Assembly: GCA_031390755.1 (NCBI GenBank)
Contig: JANMTS010000060.1
Location: 700 to 64,699, forward strand
DNA: 64,000 nt
From: Holophagales bacterium
Lineage (GTDB): Bacteria > Acidobacteriota > Thermoanaerobaculia > Multivoradales > UBA5704
Direction of reading: 5' to 3'
The notes beneath the pieces were generated by a model. It searched no databases and had not been told where the DNA came from. It was given only the letters and a program-made list of their open reading frames with translations. Shown one piece after another: positions 1 to 14,142 of the stretch (its first letter is position 1; the number at the start of each line of letters is the position of its first letter). The translations under genes were made by a program, and so were the position numbers.

Positions 1-497
1 ATACGGCTGGGGGTCTCCCGGCCGCTCCAGAGAGCCCCGGTGACCAGCACCCGGTCGCCTTGAATCTGGAGATCGGGCCCGCGGAGCGAGATCACCCGGC
101 CGCCGTCCTGTTGCAGCGAGGGGCGCGATACGACCCGGCTGCCGGACGATCCGACCACGGCCTCCGTCGCGGCGGCGGACTCCGCCTCGGCCTCGCGCCG
201 GCCGCGCAGGCTCTTGAGCTCCGCGACCGCCCCTTCGAAGCCGGTCTTGTATTGGTCGCGCTCCTTCGCCACCGCGGCGAGTTGCTCGCTGGGATTGTCT
301 CCGATGGGAGTCGGGGGGCAGGGGGTCGTCCCGGCGGGACGCGCGCCGGCCAGCTCTCCGACTCCGTCGAAAGCCGAAAGCCGAGCCCGCGCCACCGCCA
401 GCTCACGCCTGGCCAGGACTGCGGCGTCGTGCTCGTGCAGCCAAGCCCAGCCCGCACAGCCCAACAGCAGGGCGAGACACGCCGACAGGATCTTCAT
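1..497 (-). CDS. hypothetical lipoprotein, partial (C-terminus runs off window start)
   Basis: Own minus-strand translation from ATG 497-495 gives MKILSACLALLLGCAGWAW... with a lipobox-like LLGC. The frame stays open to position 1. It is absent from the ORF track because no stop lies in the window. Confidence 0.4.
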   Translation of the reverse strand, partial: MKILSACLALLLGCAGWAWLHEHDAAVLARRELAVARARLSAFDGVGELAGARPAGTTPCPPTPIGDNPSEQLAAVAKERDQYKTGFEGAVAELKSLRGRREAEAESAAATEAVVGSSGSRVVSRPSLQQDGGRVISLRGPDLQIQGDRVLVTGALWSGRETPSR

Positions 498-553
498 AGG
501 GGGGCCTTTCCGAGCTCAGGTTTGTTGCGGGTCAGTACGCACGGCCAACCCGT

Positions 554-760
554 TCAGGAGTCCATTGTTTCTAGAAGAGAGATGGCAAGGAGCGGTCTTG
601 ACTTTCGCGCTCGGCAAACTGCAAGCAACTCGGCAGCGGCTTCCGCCGTCTCATCGTCCACCCCTTTGAGCTGTTCGAAGAACCCAGGCGACCAGTCGGA
701 ACCTGATGCCGGTTCTGTCGTTAGCAGCTTCGAGGATTGCTTGTCAGTGACGTTGGCCAT
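554..760 (-). CDS. small hypothetical protein (possible antitoxin-like remnant)
   Basis: Track ORF 554..793, trimmed to MANVTDKQ. It lies in a locally AT-richer patch. The 'DWSPGFFEQLKGVDDE' stretch is only vaguely like C-termini of AbrB/VapB-type antitoxins. Confidence 0.2.
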   Translation of the reverse strand: MANVTDKQSSKLLTTEPASGSDWSPGFFEQLKGVDDETAEAAAELLAVCRARKSRPLLAISLLETMDS

Positions 761-830
761 GCTGTGAGTATATCCATGTGAGTTTCTGATCACCGACTGC
801 GGGAAGACGGCCGGCGGTCCCAGCGGGCGG

Positions 831-3800
831 TCAGGGCTTGACGTCCCTCGTGAGCCATTCCTCCAGGTAGCGCCGCAGCTCCGGCGTGTCGGGGAGCGGG
901 TCGCCGTAGCGCTTCATGGCCCGGAAGGGGAGGGGCTCGACCTGGGAGGCTTCGAAGGTGTTGCGGTCGGCGTCCTTGTCCCAGCCCTGGCTCTCCAGGA
1001 AGAGGGTGCGGGTCCAGCCCTTGCGGACGGGTGGCAGGGACTTCGCGTCGAAGGTCAGGGCGATCTCGTCGCCGGGGGCCAGGATGACGGTGCGGTCGTC
1101 CGCGGCGAGGAGCAGCTCTTTCACGTCCCCATAGCGGGTGTAGCGGCCGGGGAACGGCAGCCAGGGCGACTCGGCGGTGGAGCGCTCGTAGAGATAGCCG
1201 TGCGGGCCGTTCGGCGAGCGGCGGATCAGTTGGGAGAAGCCGCGGTAGCGCAGGTCGGCGGTGGCCGGGTCCAGCCGGGCCGCGATCACGGGCTCGGAGT
1301 CGACAGGACTGGAGGTCCAGGCGATGCGGTCCCAGGCGATCCACTGGTTGGTCACGATCCTCAGGCGGTGCGCTCCGGGCGGGAGCGCCGGGGTGTCGAC
1401 GACCATCGTCTTGGTCTTGCCCGCGGGGAAGCCCATCTCGGCAACCAGGATCTCCCAGCCGCCGTCCGTCTCCACCTCGACTCTCGGGAAGGTGGGCGGC
1501 AGGTCGGAGCGCTGGGCCACGGCGAGGTTGAGGCTGGCGTCGGCCGGAAAGTTCCAGCCGTCCAGGTGAAGGCGGACCGGACGGTTCGGCGCTTCTCCCA
1601 GGTCGAAGGTGAAGGTCCAGGGCTTCGCGGTGACGCCCTGGTAGGGGCTGGGCTCGAAGCCGGAGGCGTAGACCTCGTCGCGGCGGCGGACGCGCTCGGT
1701 GGCGTCCTCGCCCGCTCCATCCCAGGCGGCGGTCACGGGGCGGAGGCCTCGGCTGGCCTTCACCTCTTCGGGAAGAGGCTTGCCGGGGATGACCTTGAGA
1801 TTGCTCGCCACCTCCACGTCGGCCGGGTGGTCGACCACCCAGAGACGGACCTGATCGAAGAAGGCGGCTTCCCAGAGCTCCTCGGTGACCCGGATCTCGT
1901 AGCGGGATTGATCCCCTTCTCCCCCGCCCTCCCGGCGTGGCTCAAGACCGTCGATCCGCACGATCTCGCCCGGATCGGCGCCGGCCCAGACGCCGGGGGC
2001 GACGGGCAGGCCGATCGGGGAATTCCAGAGGAGGTCGGTGACGAAGGCGAAGCCCTTGCCGTCCCAGGCATAGAGGAAGGGGCAGCTTCCCTTGAGGAGC
2101 TGCTCCTCGACGATGCGCAGGTCGCCCTGCGGCTGCATGCGGTTCTGGGGGACGCCGTTGGTCCAGGTGACGCGCAGGAGGTCGGGCCGGGTGCGGCTCC
2201 CGAGGCCGAGGTGGGTGACCTGGCCCTGGACCTCGCGGAACTGGTAGGCGGAGCCGGAGCGCACCTCGACGACCGCGCCCAGGCCTTCGAGGTTGTTCTT
2301 GCTGTTGCCCTGGGTGAGGGCCTTCAGGCGGACGGAAAGCCAGTGGTTCCTGTTGCCGCCGTCATTGTCGAGCCGGTGGAGACCGTTCGGGCCGCCCGCC
2401 AGGAGGTCGAGATCGCCGTCGGCGTCGAGGTCGGCGGCGGCCAGGACGGCTGCGCTGGAAGGCGCGCCTTCGATCTTCAGGGCTTCGAAGACCGGACGCT
2501 CCGGCGTGCCCCGCTGGCCGAGGACGAGCAGGCCGGACGGACCGGCGGCGGCGAGATCAAGCCGGCCGTCGTTGTCCGCATCCAGAGCGAGGACATCGGC
2601 GAGCGCGGGCTTGTCCGGCAGCCCGGAAAGAGGCCAGGGCTCGAAGGTGCCGCCCCGGTTGTGCCAGGCCGCGAGGCCGGCGGAACCCGCGGCGATCAGA
2701 TCCGGAAGGCCGTCGTTGTCCAGGTCGGCGCTCACGACGGCCATCACGGAGACACCGGGCTGGCTCTTCGAGAGGCCCGCGAGGCCGGACACCGCCGTGC
2801 GGTCCCCGAACCGGCCCTGGCGCAGGTTGTCGAGCCACGAAAGGCCCTTGGAGTGGGCCACGAGGAGGTCGAGATCGCCGTCGCGGTCCAGATCGCTGGC
2901 GATCAGCGCGGCCGGCTCGGGGAAGGCTTCGCGGGGAAGAGTCGCCGCGCCCACCGCTTCCAGGGCGCCGGTGAGCACGCCGGTGAGCACGCCAATGAGA
3001 TTACTGCGGAACAGCTCGCCGGCTCCGGCCTTGCCGCCGACGAGGGCGAGATCCAGGTCGCCCTCGATGTCGAAGTCGATCGCCGCGGCGGCGGTGGCTC
3101 CCGCGCCCCCAATCACGCCCAGTCCGGCGGCGGCCGTGGCGTCCTCGAAGATCTCTCCTCCATGAGGCGCTGGCTGAGAGGGTGTTTGGAAAGTGCCTCG
3201 CGTGGAGTCCTCACCCCCTGGCCCCCTCTCCCGGGGGGAGAGGGGGAACCCCCGCCCGTCTTGCTCTCCAGGTTTTTGGGTGGTGGCGCCCCCTCTCCCG
3301 GGGGCGGGGGCAGGGAGATGGGAGAGGGGGTCGAGGGGTGAGGACTCCATGCCGCCGACGTTCCGCCACCAGCGGAGCGTCTCCGGACCGTAGGCGATGA
3401 GGTCGAGCCTGCCGTCGTTGTCCAGATCGGCGGCGAGCAGGCCGGCGACGCCCGAGGCCGGGAGATCGAGCGTGCGGCTGGCGCCTCCCTGCGTCAGCTC
3501 CAGGCGCGGTGCCTTCCCCTCTCCCCCGGAAACGACCCGCGCGATGTCGGCCTTGCCGTCGCCGTCGAAATCGCCCACGGCCAGGGCTCGGCCCACCGTC
3601 CCGGCGCTCGCTGAGCTGTCTCCGATCCGGACACCCACGAAGCGCACGGGCAGGGGATCGCCGAAGCGGGTGACGGGCGGCTCCCCGGCGAAGGTCTCGA
3701 TGGGGAGTCCCTGGATGCCGGGCGACAGCTCGCTCAGGCTCTGCCGGTAGAGCGGAGTGATCCTGAGCACGTTTTCCAGGCGGATGCCCGGGATGCGCGC

Positions 3801-4496
3801 GGCTTCGAGGTTGTTCTCCTCCAGGGCCTTGAGAATCTGGCCGAGGCTCGCGGCGGCCGGGGCCGGCGCCTGCCAGAGGATCTCCTTCACGCGCAGGAAG
3901 GCCTGGGTCGCGGCGGCACGGGCCGAGTCACTGCCTCCACCGCCGCTGATACCGGCCCGGATGGCGCGCTGCCCTTCCTTGAGAAGGACGACGAGGTTCT
4001 CCGGGCGGAGCCGGACGAGGGCGGCCAGCGCTTCCGCGGACGCCGCCCGGGCAGCGTCCGTCTCTCCGACGGCCGCCGCCTGCTGGAAGAGCGCGAACTG
4101 GACCCGCACCTGGGCCGGGTCCGCGGCGGCGGCCTGGCGGTAGGCGGCGAGCGCCTCGTCCGCCTTGCCGCTCCATTGCAGGATGTCGCCGCGCAGCGCC
4201 AGGAGGTCGGCCCGGCCCGGCGCCTTCGCGAGGGCCTGGTCGGCGGCTTCGAGCGCGGCGTCGTTCTTCTGCTGGCGCAGGAGCGAGAGGGCCAGGTTGG
4301 CGTCAGGCATCGGGTCCGCGGGCGCAGTCGTCTTCAACTGACGGATCAGCTCGCGGAAGGTGGCTTCGGCCTGGGCCGGCTGCTCGTTTTCGAGCTGGGC
4401 GATGCCGAGGTTGCGCAGCTCCAGGGCTTTCTCCGAGAGCGTCGAAGCCGCCGACGGAGTGGCCAGAAGCAGGAGCAGGGCCAGGGCGGCGCGCAT
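831..4496 (-). CDS. secreted TPR + FG-GAP/VCBS repeat + ASPIC/UnbV protein (CRTAC1-family-like)
   Basis: Track ORF 831..5381 is over-extended. The start is taken as ATG 4496-4494 (MRAALALLLLLATPSAAS signal peptide), which overlaps the TGA of the upstream gene. TPR-like N-terminus, many DxDxDGxxDL FG-GAP loops, and an 'NRNHWLSVRL...GAVVEVRSG' UnbV/ASPIC-type motif. Confidence 0.85.
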   Translation of the reverse strand: MRAALALLLLLATPSAASTLSEKALELRNLGIAQLENEQPAQAEATFRELIRQLKTTAPADPMPDANLALSLLRQQKNDAALEAADQALAKAPGRADLLALRGDILQWSGKADEALAAYRQAAAADPAQVRVQFALFQQAAAVGETDAARAASAEALAALVRLRPENLVVLLKEGQRAIRAGISGGGGSDSARAAATQAFLRVKEILWQAPAPAAASLGQILKALEENNLEAARIPGIRLENVLRITPLYRQSLSELSPGIQGLPIETFAGEPPVTRFGDPLPVRFVGVRIGDSSASAGTVGRALAVGDFDGDGKADIARVVSGGEGKAPRLELTQGGASRTLDLPASGVAGLLAADLDNDGRLDLIAYGPETLRWWRNVGGMESSPLDPLSHLPAPAPGRGGATTQKPGEQDGRGFPLSPRERGPGGEDSTRGTFQTPSQPAPHGGEIFEDATAAAGLGVIGGAGATAAAAIDFDIEGDLDLALVGGKAGAGELFRSNLIGVLTGVLTGALEAVGAATLPREAFPEPAALIASDLDRDGDLDLLVAHSKGLSWLDNLRQGRFGDRTAVSGLAGLSKSQPGVSVMAVVSADLDNDGLPDLIAAGSAGLAAWHNRGGTFEPWPLSGLPDKPALADVLALDADNDGRLDLAAAGPSGLLVLGQRGTPERPVFEALKIEGAPSSAAVLAAADLDADGDLDLLAGGPNGLHRLDNDGGNRNHWLSVRLKALTQGNSKNNLEGLGAVVEVRSGSAYQFREVQGQVTHLGLGSRTRPDLLRVTWTNGVPQNRMQPQGDLRIVEEQLLKGSCPFLYAWDGKGFAFVTDLLWNSPIGLPVAPGVWAGADPGEIVRIDGLEPRREGGGEGDQSRYEIRVTEELWEAAFFDQVRLWVVDHPADVEVASNLKVIPGKPLPEEVKASRGLRPVTAAWDGAGEDATERVRRRDEVYASGFEPSPYQGVTAKPWTFTFDLGEAPNRPVRLHLDGWNFPADASLNLAVAQRSDLPPTFPRVEVETDGGWEILVAEMGFPAGKTKTMVVDTPALPPGAHRLRIVTNQWIAWDRIAWTSSPVDSEPVIAARLDPATADLRYRGFSQLIRRSPNGPHGYLYERSTAESPWLPFPGRYTRYGDVKELLLAADDRTVILAPGDEIALTFDAKSLPPVRKGWTRTLFLESQGWDKDADRNTFEASQVEPLPFRAMKRYGDPLPDTPELRRYLEEWLTRDVKP
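3204..3348. repeat. 145-bp palindromic MITE/REP-like element inside the FG-GAP CDS
   Basis: Perfect 14-bp termini ggagtcctcacccc (3204-3217) and ggggtgaggactcc (3335-3348), extending to about 29 bp with 4 mismatches. Internal hairpins ccccctctccc/gggagaggggg at 3222-3246 and 3289-3330. Confidence 0.7.
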
Positions 4497-5230
4497 CACC
4501 CTCCCAGGGACTGGAGGCTGGCGCGAGCCGCGGCGTTGTCCGGCCGCAGGGAGAGGATCTGGTTCAGAAGCTGGCGGGCCTCGTCCTTCTTCCCCTGCTG
4601 GATGAGCTGGACGGCGAGGCCGGTCAGGCTGGAGACGAAGCCGTCGGCCTCGGCGCTGTGGCCCAGCTCCACGGCGCAGTAGGCGGCGGCCAGGAGGACG
4701 TCGCCGTCGTCGGGATGCGCCGCAGCCCACGGCTGGAGCAGCTTGTAGGCCTCGGCGAATTTGCCCTGGCGGCCGTAGCGCAGGCCGAGGGCGCGCGCGG
4801 CCATGGAGCCCGGCGCCTTTTCGAGAGCCCGCACGAGAAAGCCTTCGCCCTTGACGTCCTGCTTGAGCGCGAACGCGGCCCGCGCGGCGTTGAACAGCAG
4901 CGCCGGGCCGGCCGCGTCGCTCGCGGCGACCGGATCGAGCAGCAGCTGGGCGTCCTGGAACCGGCCCAGCTCGATGAGCGCGCCGCCGTACAGGCTGAGC
5001 ATCGGCGCCGGAGACGTGGAGTCCATCTTGAGCGGCTCGAGGAGCGACACGACGCCCTGATAGTCGCCGGCCTGATACTTCTGGCGCGCCTGATCGAAGC
5101 GCTGCTGAAGCTTTTCGTCGGCGGCCGGCTCCTGGGCCCGGAGGGGCGCGAGGACAGTGGCCAGGAGACCGGTGGCCAGGAGAAGGGACAGGAAGAGGAC
5201 GCGGGCGGAGGGGGTGCGATGGTGTTTCAT
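4496..5230 (-). CDS. secreted TPR repeat protein
   Basis: Track ORF 4496..5275. Likely start MKHHRTPSARVLFLSLLLATGLLA (ATG 5230-5228) with a signal peptide. TPR-like helices (YQAGDYQGVVSLLEP, RYGRQGKFAEAYKLL). Confidence 0.7.
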   Translation of the reverse strand: MKHHRTPSARVLFLSLLLATGLLATVLAPLRAQEPAADEKLQQRFDQARQKYQAGDYQGVVSLLEPLKMDSTSPAPMLSLYGGALIELGRFQDAQLLLDPVAASDAAGPALLFNAARAAFALKQDVKGEGFLVRALEKAPGSMAARALGLRYGRQGKFAEAYKLLQPWAAAHPDDGDVLLAAAYCAVELGHSAEADGFVSSLTGLAVQLIQQGKKDEARQLLNQILSLRPDNAAARASLQSLGG

Positions 5231-5280
5231 GACGGTCCGAAAATATACCGCATCGGGCTTCCGAGGGGTCGGCATGGGCG

Positions 5281-6330
5281 GTGCGGTATGCTTCGACGGC
5301 TATGCGGCGGCTGGTCTTCCCCTTGATGTGTCTCGCTCTCGCCCTGGGCCTGGGCGTCGGTATCGGCGGCATCGCCGGCATTCCGGCCCGGGCGCAGACG
5401 GCGTCCGATCTCGTGCCCGATCTCGTGCCCGATCTCGTGGAAACCGGGCGCCGGGCGCTGGAGGCCGGCCGCCACGCCGAGGCGATCCGGAGCCTGGAAG
5501 CCGCGGTGAAGCTGGAGCCCGGAGCCGCCGAGATCCACTCGATGCTCGGCCGGGCCTATCTGCTCGATCATCAGGCGAAGCCCGCCCAGGCCAGCCTCGC
5601 GCGGTCGGCGGAGCTTGGATCGCAGGACCCGCGGACCTTCCTCTACATGGGGAGCGCGGCCTGGGAGCTTGGCCGTCCCGGGGAAGCCGAAGCGGCGTTC
5701 CGCAAGGCGCTCGGCTCCGGGTCCGGCGCCTCGACCCTGATCGCGCTGCAGCAGCTCGGCCGGCTCCTGCTCTGGCAGGGTCGCCCGGCCGAAGCGCTCG
5801 ATCCTCTCCAGCGCGCGGCGGTGCTGCTGCCGGACGAGGTCGATCTCCAGCTCCAGCTCGCCCAGGCGCTGGACGCCTCGGACAAGCCGGCGGAGGCCCT
5901 GGCCGCCTACCGCCGCGCCGTGACCCTGGCGCCGGAGCTGGCCCGCGCCCGCTACGGCCTGGCACAGCAGCTCCGCCGCTCGGGCGACCTCCACGACCGG
6001 GAGACTGCGGGACGGGAGATGGAGACGTTCCGCCGCCTGACCGCCGCGGACGGCGAGCGCATCCGCCGCGGGAACCTGGAGCGCGCCCGGCTGGACGAGG
6101 GCTGGGCGCTCCTGCAGGGCGGCCGGGCGAAGGAGGCCGAGGCTCTCTTCGCGCAGCTCGGCGAGAGCCCGGAAGCGCTCTCCGGCGTCGCCTTCTCGCG
6201 CTCCGCGGCGGGCGATCACCGCGGCGCCGTGACCGCCCTGGAAAAGGCCGTGACGCTCGCGCCGGACCGCGACGATCTTCGCCGCGCGCTGGACGAAGAG
6301 CGGCTGGCGGCGGAAGGAGAGAAACCGTGA
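5281..6330 (+). CDS. secreted TPR repeat protein
   Basis: Track ORF of 349 aa with a signal-like MRRLVFPLMCLALALGLG (alternative start 5302). Repeated TPR helices (AIRSLEAAVKLEP, AEAAFRKALG, ALAAYRRAVTLAP). Confidence 0.75.
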   Translation: MRYASTAMRRLVFPLMCLALALGLGVGIGGIAGIPARAQTASDLVPDLVPDLVETGRRALEAGRHAEAIRSLEAAVKLEPGAAEIHSMLGRAYLLDHQAKPAQASLARSAELGSQDPRTFLYMGSAAWELGRPGEAEAAFRKALGSGSGASTLIALQQLGRLLLWQGRPAEALDPLQRAAVLLPDEVDLQLQLAQALDASDKPAEALAAYRRAVTLAPELARARYGLAQQLRRSGDLHDRETAGREMETFRRLTAADGERIRRGNLERARLDEGWALLQGGRAKEAEALFAQLGESPEALSGVAFSRSAAGDHRGAVTALEKAVTLAPDRDDLRRALDEERLAAEGEKP

Positions 6331-7997
6331 AAGGCCTCGGACTTCTCATCTTGGCGATACTCGCCGCGCCCGGAGCCCACGCCGCCGATCCAACCGGTGC
6401 CTGCGGTCCCCTCCGCCTCCGGCACGCCGAAACCGCGGCCGGTCTCGCGTTCCGGCACGATTCGGGCAAATCGGACGCCCGCCACCTCCCCGAGACCATG
6501 GGCTCCGGCGTCGCCTTCCTGGATTACGACGGCGACGGCTGGCAGGATCTCTACGTGGTCCAGTCCGGAGCCTTCCCGCCGGACGGCTCCTCCCGGGGAG
6601 CGGACCGGCTCTTCCGCAACCGGGGCGACGGCACGTTCGAGGACGCGACCGTCCGCGCCAGGATCTCCGACCGCGGCTACGGCCAGGGCGTGACCGCGGC
6701 GGACGCGGACGGCGACGGCGACACGGATCTCTATCTGTCGAATTACGGCGCGGACTCCCTGCTGCTCAACCGCGGTGATGGAACGTTTGAGGACGGGTCG
6801 GCCCGGTCGGGCCTGAACGCGGGCGGATGGAGCTCCGCCGCCGCCTTCGCGGACGCGGACGGCGACGGCGACCTCGATCTCTACGTCGCGCGCTATGTGA
6901 AGTACGACCCGAACAGCGGCGTCTTCTGCGGCGACTTCGCCACCGGCCGGCGGGACTACTGCGACATCAGTTTGTTCGAAGGAGAGAGCGATCTCTTCTA
7001 CCGCAACAAGGGGGATGGAACGTTCGAGGACGCCACCCGGGCGGTGGGTATCGGGACCAGTGCCGGGCCAGAAACGGGCCGCGGCATGGGCGTCCTCTTC
7101 GTCGACCTGGACAACGATCGGCGGCCCGACCTGTACGTGTCCAACGACATGAATCCGAACCTGCTGTTCCACAACAAGGGGGACGGCACGTTCGAGGACG
7201 TCTCGCTCTTCTCCGGCGCGGCCGTGAACGCCGAGGGCAAGGCGCAGGCCGGAATGGGGCTGGCCGCGGCCGACTTCGACGGCGACGGCGATCCCGACCT
7301 CACGGTGACGAACTTCGACGCCGAGCTGAACTCGCTCTACCGCAACCTGAGCGAGCCGGGCAACGTGATGTTCGAGGACGCGTCGAATTCGAGCGGCTTC
7401 GGACCGCCGTCCTACAACCTGCTCGGCTTCGGCCTCGTGGCCGCCGACCTGGATCTCGACGGCGACCTCGACGCGTACATTGCCAACGGCCACGTGTTCG
7501 AGCATCCCAAGTGGGACTCGGTGCTCTACGCGCAGCCCGACCAGATCCTGGCCGGCGACGGCCGCGGGCGCTTCGAGAACAAGAGCTGCGCCCTGCCCGA
7601 GGGTCCACCGCAGGTGGGCCGCGGGCTCGCCGCGGGCGACTACGATTCCGACGGGCGCCCCGACCTCGCGATCCAGAACAGCGGCGGACCGCTGGAGCTG
7701 CTGCGCAACGAGACCGAGAGCGGGGGAACCTGGCTCGGCGTGGTCCTCGAAGGCCGGGCGCCGAACACCGCCGCGGTCGGCGCGAAGGTCACGCTGTCGA
7801 GCGGCGCCGGCCGGCGGCAGGTGCGCTGGGCGACCGCCGGAGACAGCTATCAATCCACCAGCGACCGCCGCCTGCTCTTCGGCCTTCCCGCGGGCGAGGC
7901 GCCGAAGGAGCTGGAGGTGGCGTGGCCGTCCGGCAGGACGCAGCGCCTGGTCTCTCCGCCCACCGGGGCCTACCTGACCCTTTCCGAGCCGAGGTGA
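6327..7997 (+). CDS. FG-GAP repeat + ASPIC/UnbV protein (CRTAC1-family-like)
   Basis: GTG 6327 overlaps the upstream stop (GTGA). VKGLGLLILAILAAPGAHA signal peptide. Repeated 'RN(R/K)GDGTFED' plus 'DxDGDGDxDLY' units, and a C-terminal 'GTWLGVVLEG...GAKVTL' UnbV motif. The first 390 aa of track ORF 5157..7997 are Arg/Pro-rich read-through. Confidence 0.85.
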   Translation: MKGLGLLILAILAAPGAHAADPTGACGPLRLRHAETAAGLAFRHDSGKSDARHLPETMGSGVAFLDYDGDGWQDLYVVQSGAFPPDGSSRGADRLFRNRGDGTFEDATVRARISDRGYGQGVTAADADGDGDTDLYLSNYGADSLLLNRGDGTFEDGSARSGLNAGGWSSAAAFADADGDGDLDLYVARYVKYDPNSGVFCGDFATGRRDYCDISLFEGESDLFYRNKGDGTFEDATRAVGIGTSAGPETGRGMGVLFVDLDNDRRPDLYVSNDMNPNLLFHNKGDGTFEDVSLFSGAAVNAEGKAQAGMGLAAADFDGDGDPDLTVTNFDAELNSLYRNLSEPGNVMFEDASNSSGFGPPSYNLLGFGLVAADLDLDGDLDAYIANGHVFEHPKWDSVLYAQPDQILAGDGRGRFENKSCALPEGPPQVGRGLAAGDYDSDGRPDLAIQNSGGPLELLRNETESGGTWLGVVLEGRAPNTAAVGAKVTLSSGAGRRQVRWATAGDSYQSTSDRRLLFGLPAGEAPKELEVAWPSGRTQRLVSPPTGAYLTLSEPR

Positions 7998-7999
7998 TC

Positions 8000-8509
8000 A
8001 TGAAGAAGAACCTTCTCCTCGTCCTCCTGCTGCTGCTGGCGCCGACCGTCGCCGCTGCCGCTGCCGCCGCCGCCGCCGCTGATACTGCGGAGCCCAAGCC
8101 CGGCCTGACCGTGGAGGCCATCAGGATCGAGCCCGCGGCGCCCGGCCCGGACACGCTCTGCAAGCTGAGCGTCACCCTCAGGAGCACCGGCACGAAGACC
8201 GCCTCGGCCCTCGGCTTCAAGGTCACGGTGGACGGCAAGGAGCTGGCGGTCTACCGGAACGAGCTGGTCTACAAGCCGGTCGAGCCGGGAGCCACGGCCG
8301 AGATCAGGCTCCACAACTTCTGGAGCAGCGAGACCGGCAGGCCCTTTCCCGCCGGGGGAAAGATGAACGTGGAGGTCACGCTGACCGAAGCCCGCTGGAT
8401 GGACGTCAAGACCGAGAACGGCGCCGAGGTCTGGACTCCCATCGGTCCCGTCGAAGGTTTGCCCAAGTCGAAGACAATTGCAGTGATTGTTAAAAAATCG
8501 ACTCAGTGA
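8000..8509 (+). CDS. small secreted hypothetical protein
   Basis: ATG 8000 follows gaggtg. MKKNLLLVLLLLLAPTVAAAAAAAAAA signal peptide. Beta-rich 169-aa body with no family recognised. Confidence 0.6.
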   Translation: MKKNLLLVLLLLLAPTVAAAAAAAAAADTAEPKPGLTVEAIRIEPAAPGPDTLCKLSVTLRSTGTKTASALGFKVTVDGKELAVYRNELVYKPVEPGATAEIRLHNFWSSETGRPFPAGGKMNVEVTLTEARWMDVKTENGAEVWTPIGPVEGLPKSKTIAVIVKKSTQ

Positions 8510-8603
8510 GCTCAGCGAGGAGAAGTCTTGCAGGATTCCCTTCAAGAATGTATGCTTTGGTGTACGAATTCTGGACAGCGACGGCTGGAAGGAGGGTTGT
8601 GTC

Positions 8604-9035
8604 TTGACCGAGTCCCTGGGCAATGCAGCGGGGAGCCGTGTCTCCCCCGAACGGATCGGCCGCCAACTCACGGCCTGCGAGGAGCCGGACATCGTCTACA
8701 TGAAGCTGGTGGGCGACGTGAGCGACGAGGAGGTGCGGGCGATCAACGCCATGCATCTCGACTTCGCAAGGGATCGCGACCGGATCTTCTTCCTGGTCGA
8801 CATGTCGGAGCTGGCCACGCTCTCCAGCTCGGTGCGCAAGTCGGCCATCGAGGCCCTCAACCAGATGCCGCTCCAGGGTCTGTCGATCTACAAGGCGCCG
8901 CTCACGGCGCGGGTGCTGGCGAAGCTGATCATTACCGGCATGCGGCTCTTCGGGAAGAACATCCCGCTCCAGTTCTCGGACTCCGAGGCCGAGGCGCGGG
9001 ATTGGATCGCCCAGCGCCGCGCCCTCTCTTCCTGA
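8604..9035 (+). CDS. STAS/SpoIIAA-like domain protein (start uncertain)
   Basis: C-terminal 130 aa of track ORF 8487..9035 (DIVYMKLVGDVSDEEV...FFLVDMSELATLSSSVRKSAIEAL...) resemble STAS-type domains. TTG 8604 lies 9 nt after GGAGG (8590-8594). Confidence 0.45.
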   Translation: MTESLGNAAGSRVSPERIGRQLTACEEPDIVYMKLVGDVSDEEVRAINAMHLDFARDRDRIFFLVDMSELATLSSSVRKSAIEALNQMPLQGLSIYKAPLTARVLAKLIITGMRLFGKNIPLQFSDSEAEARDWIAQRRALSS

Positions 9036-9042
9036 CCTCCCC

Positions 9043-14100
<5,058 letters not shown>

Positions 14101-14110
14101 TTGCGGACAA

Positions 14111-14131
14111 GGGCGGCCACGAGGGCCGCCC
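14111..14131. terminator. GC hairpin between convergent genes
   Basis: gggcggcc-acgag-ggccgccc (8-bp perfect stem) between the carboxylase stop (14100) and the VIT/vWA stop (14143). No T-run. Confidence 0.35.
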
Positions 14132-14142
14132 CTACACCACCT

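Noticed and set aside
60-767. Track ORFs 60..767 (+), 214..669 (+) and 92..457 (-) at the window start.
   Set aside because: These are junk-like translations. The minus-strand frame from ATG 497 gives a lipoprotein signal peptide and coherent sequence running off the window.
4497-5381. N-terminal 295 aa of track ORF 831..5381, and similar extensions (5157..6326, 6827..7999, 31916..32461, 34515..34880, 38437..39543, 39549..41711, 55489..56577, 50941..52209).
   Set aside because: These are Arg/Pro-rich read-through into neighbouring genes' space. Internal starts with signal peptides, SD sequences or ATGA/GTGA overlaps give sensible gene boundaries.
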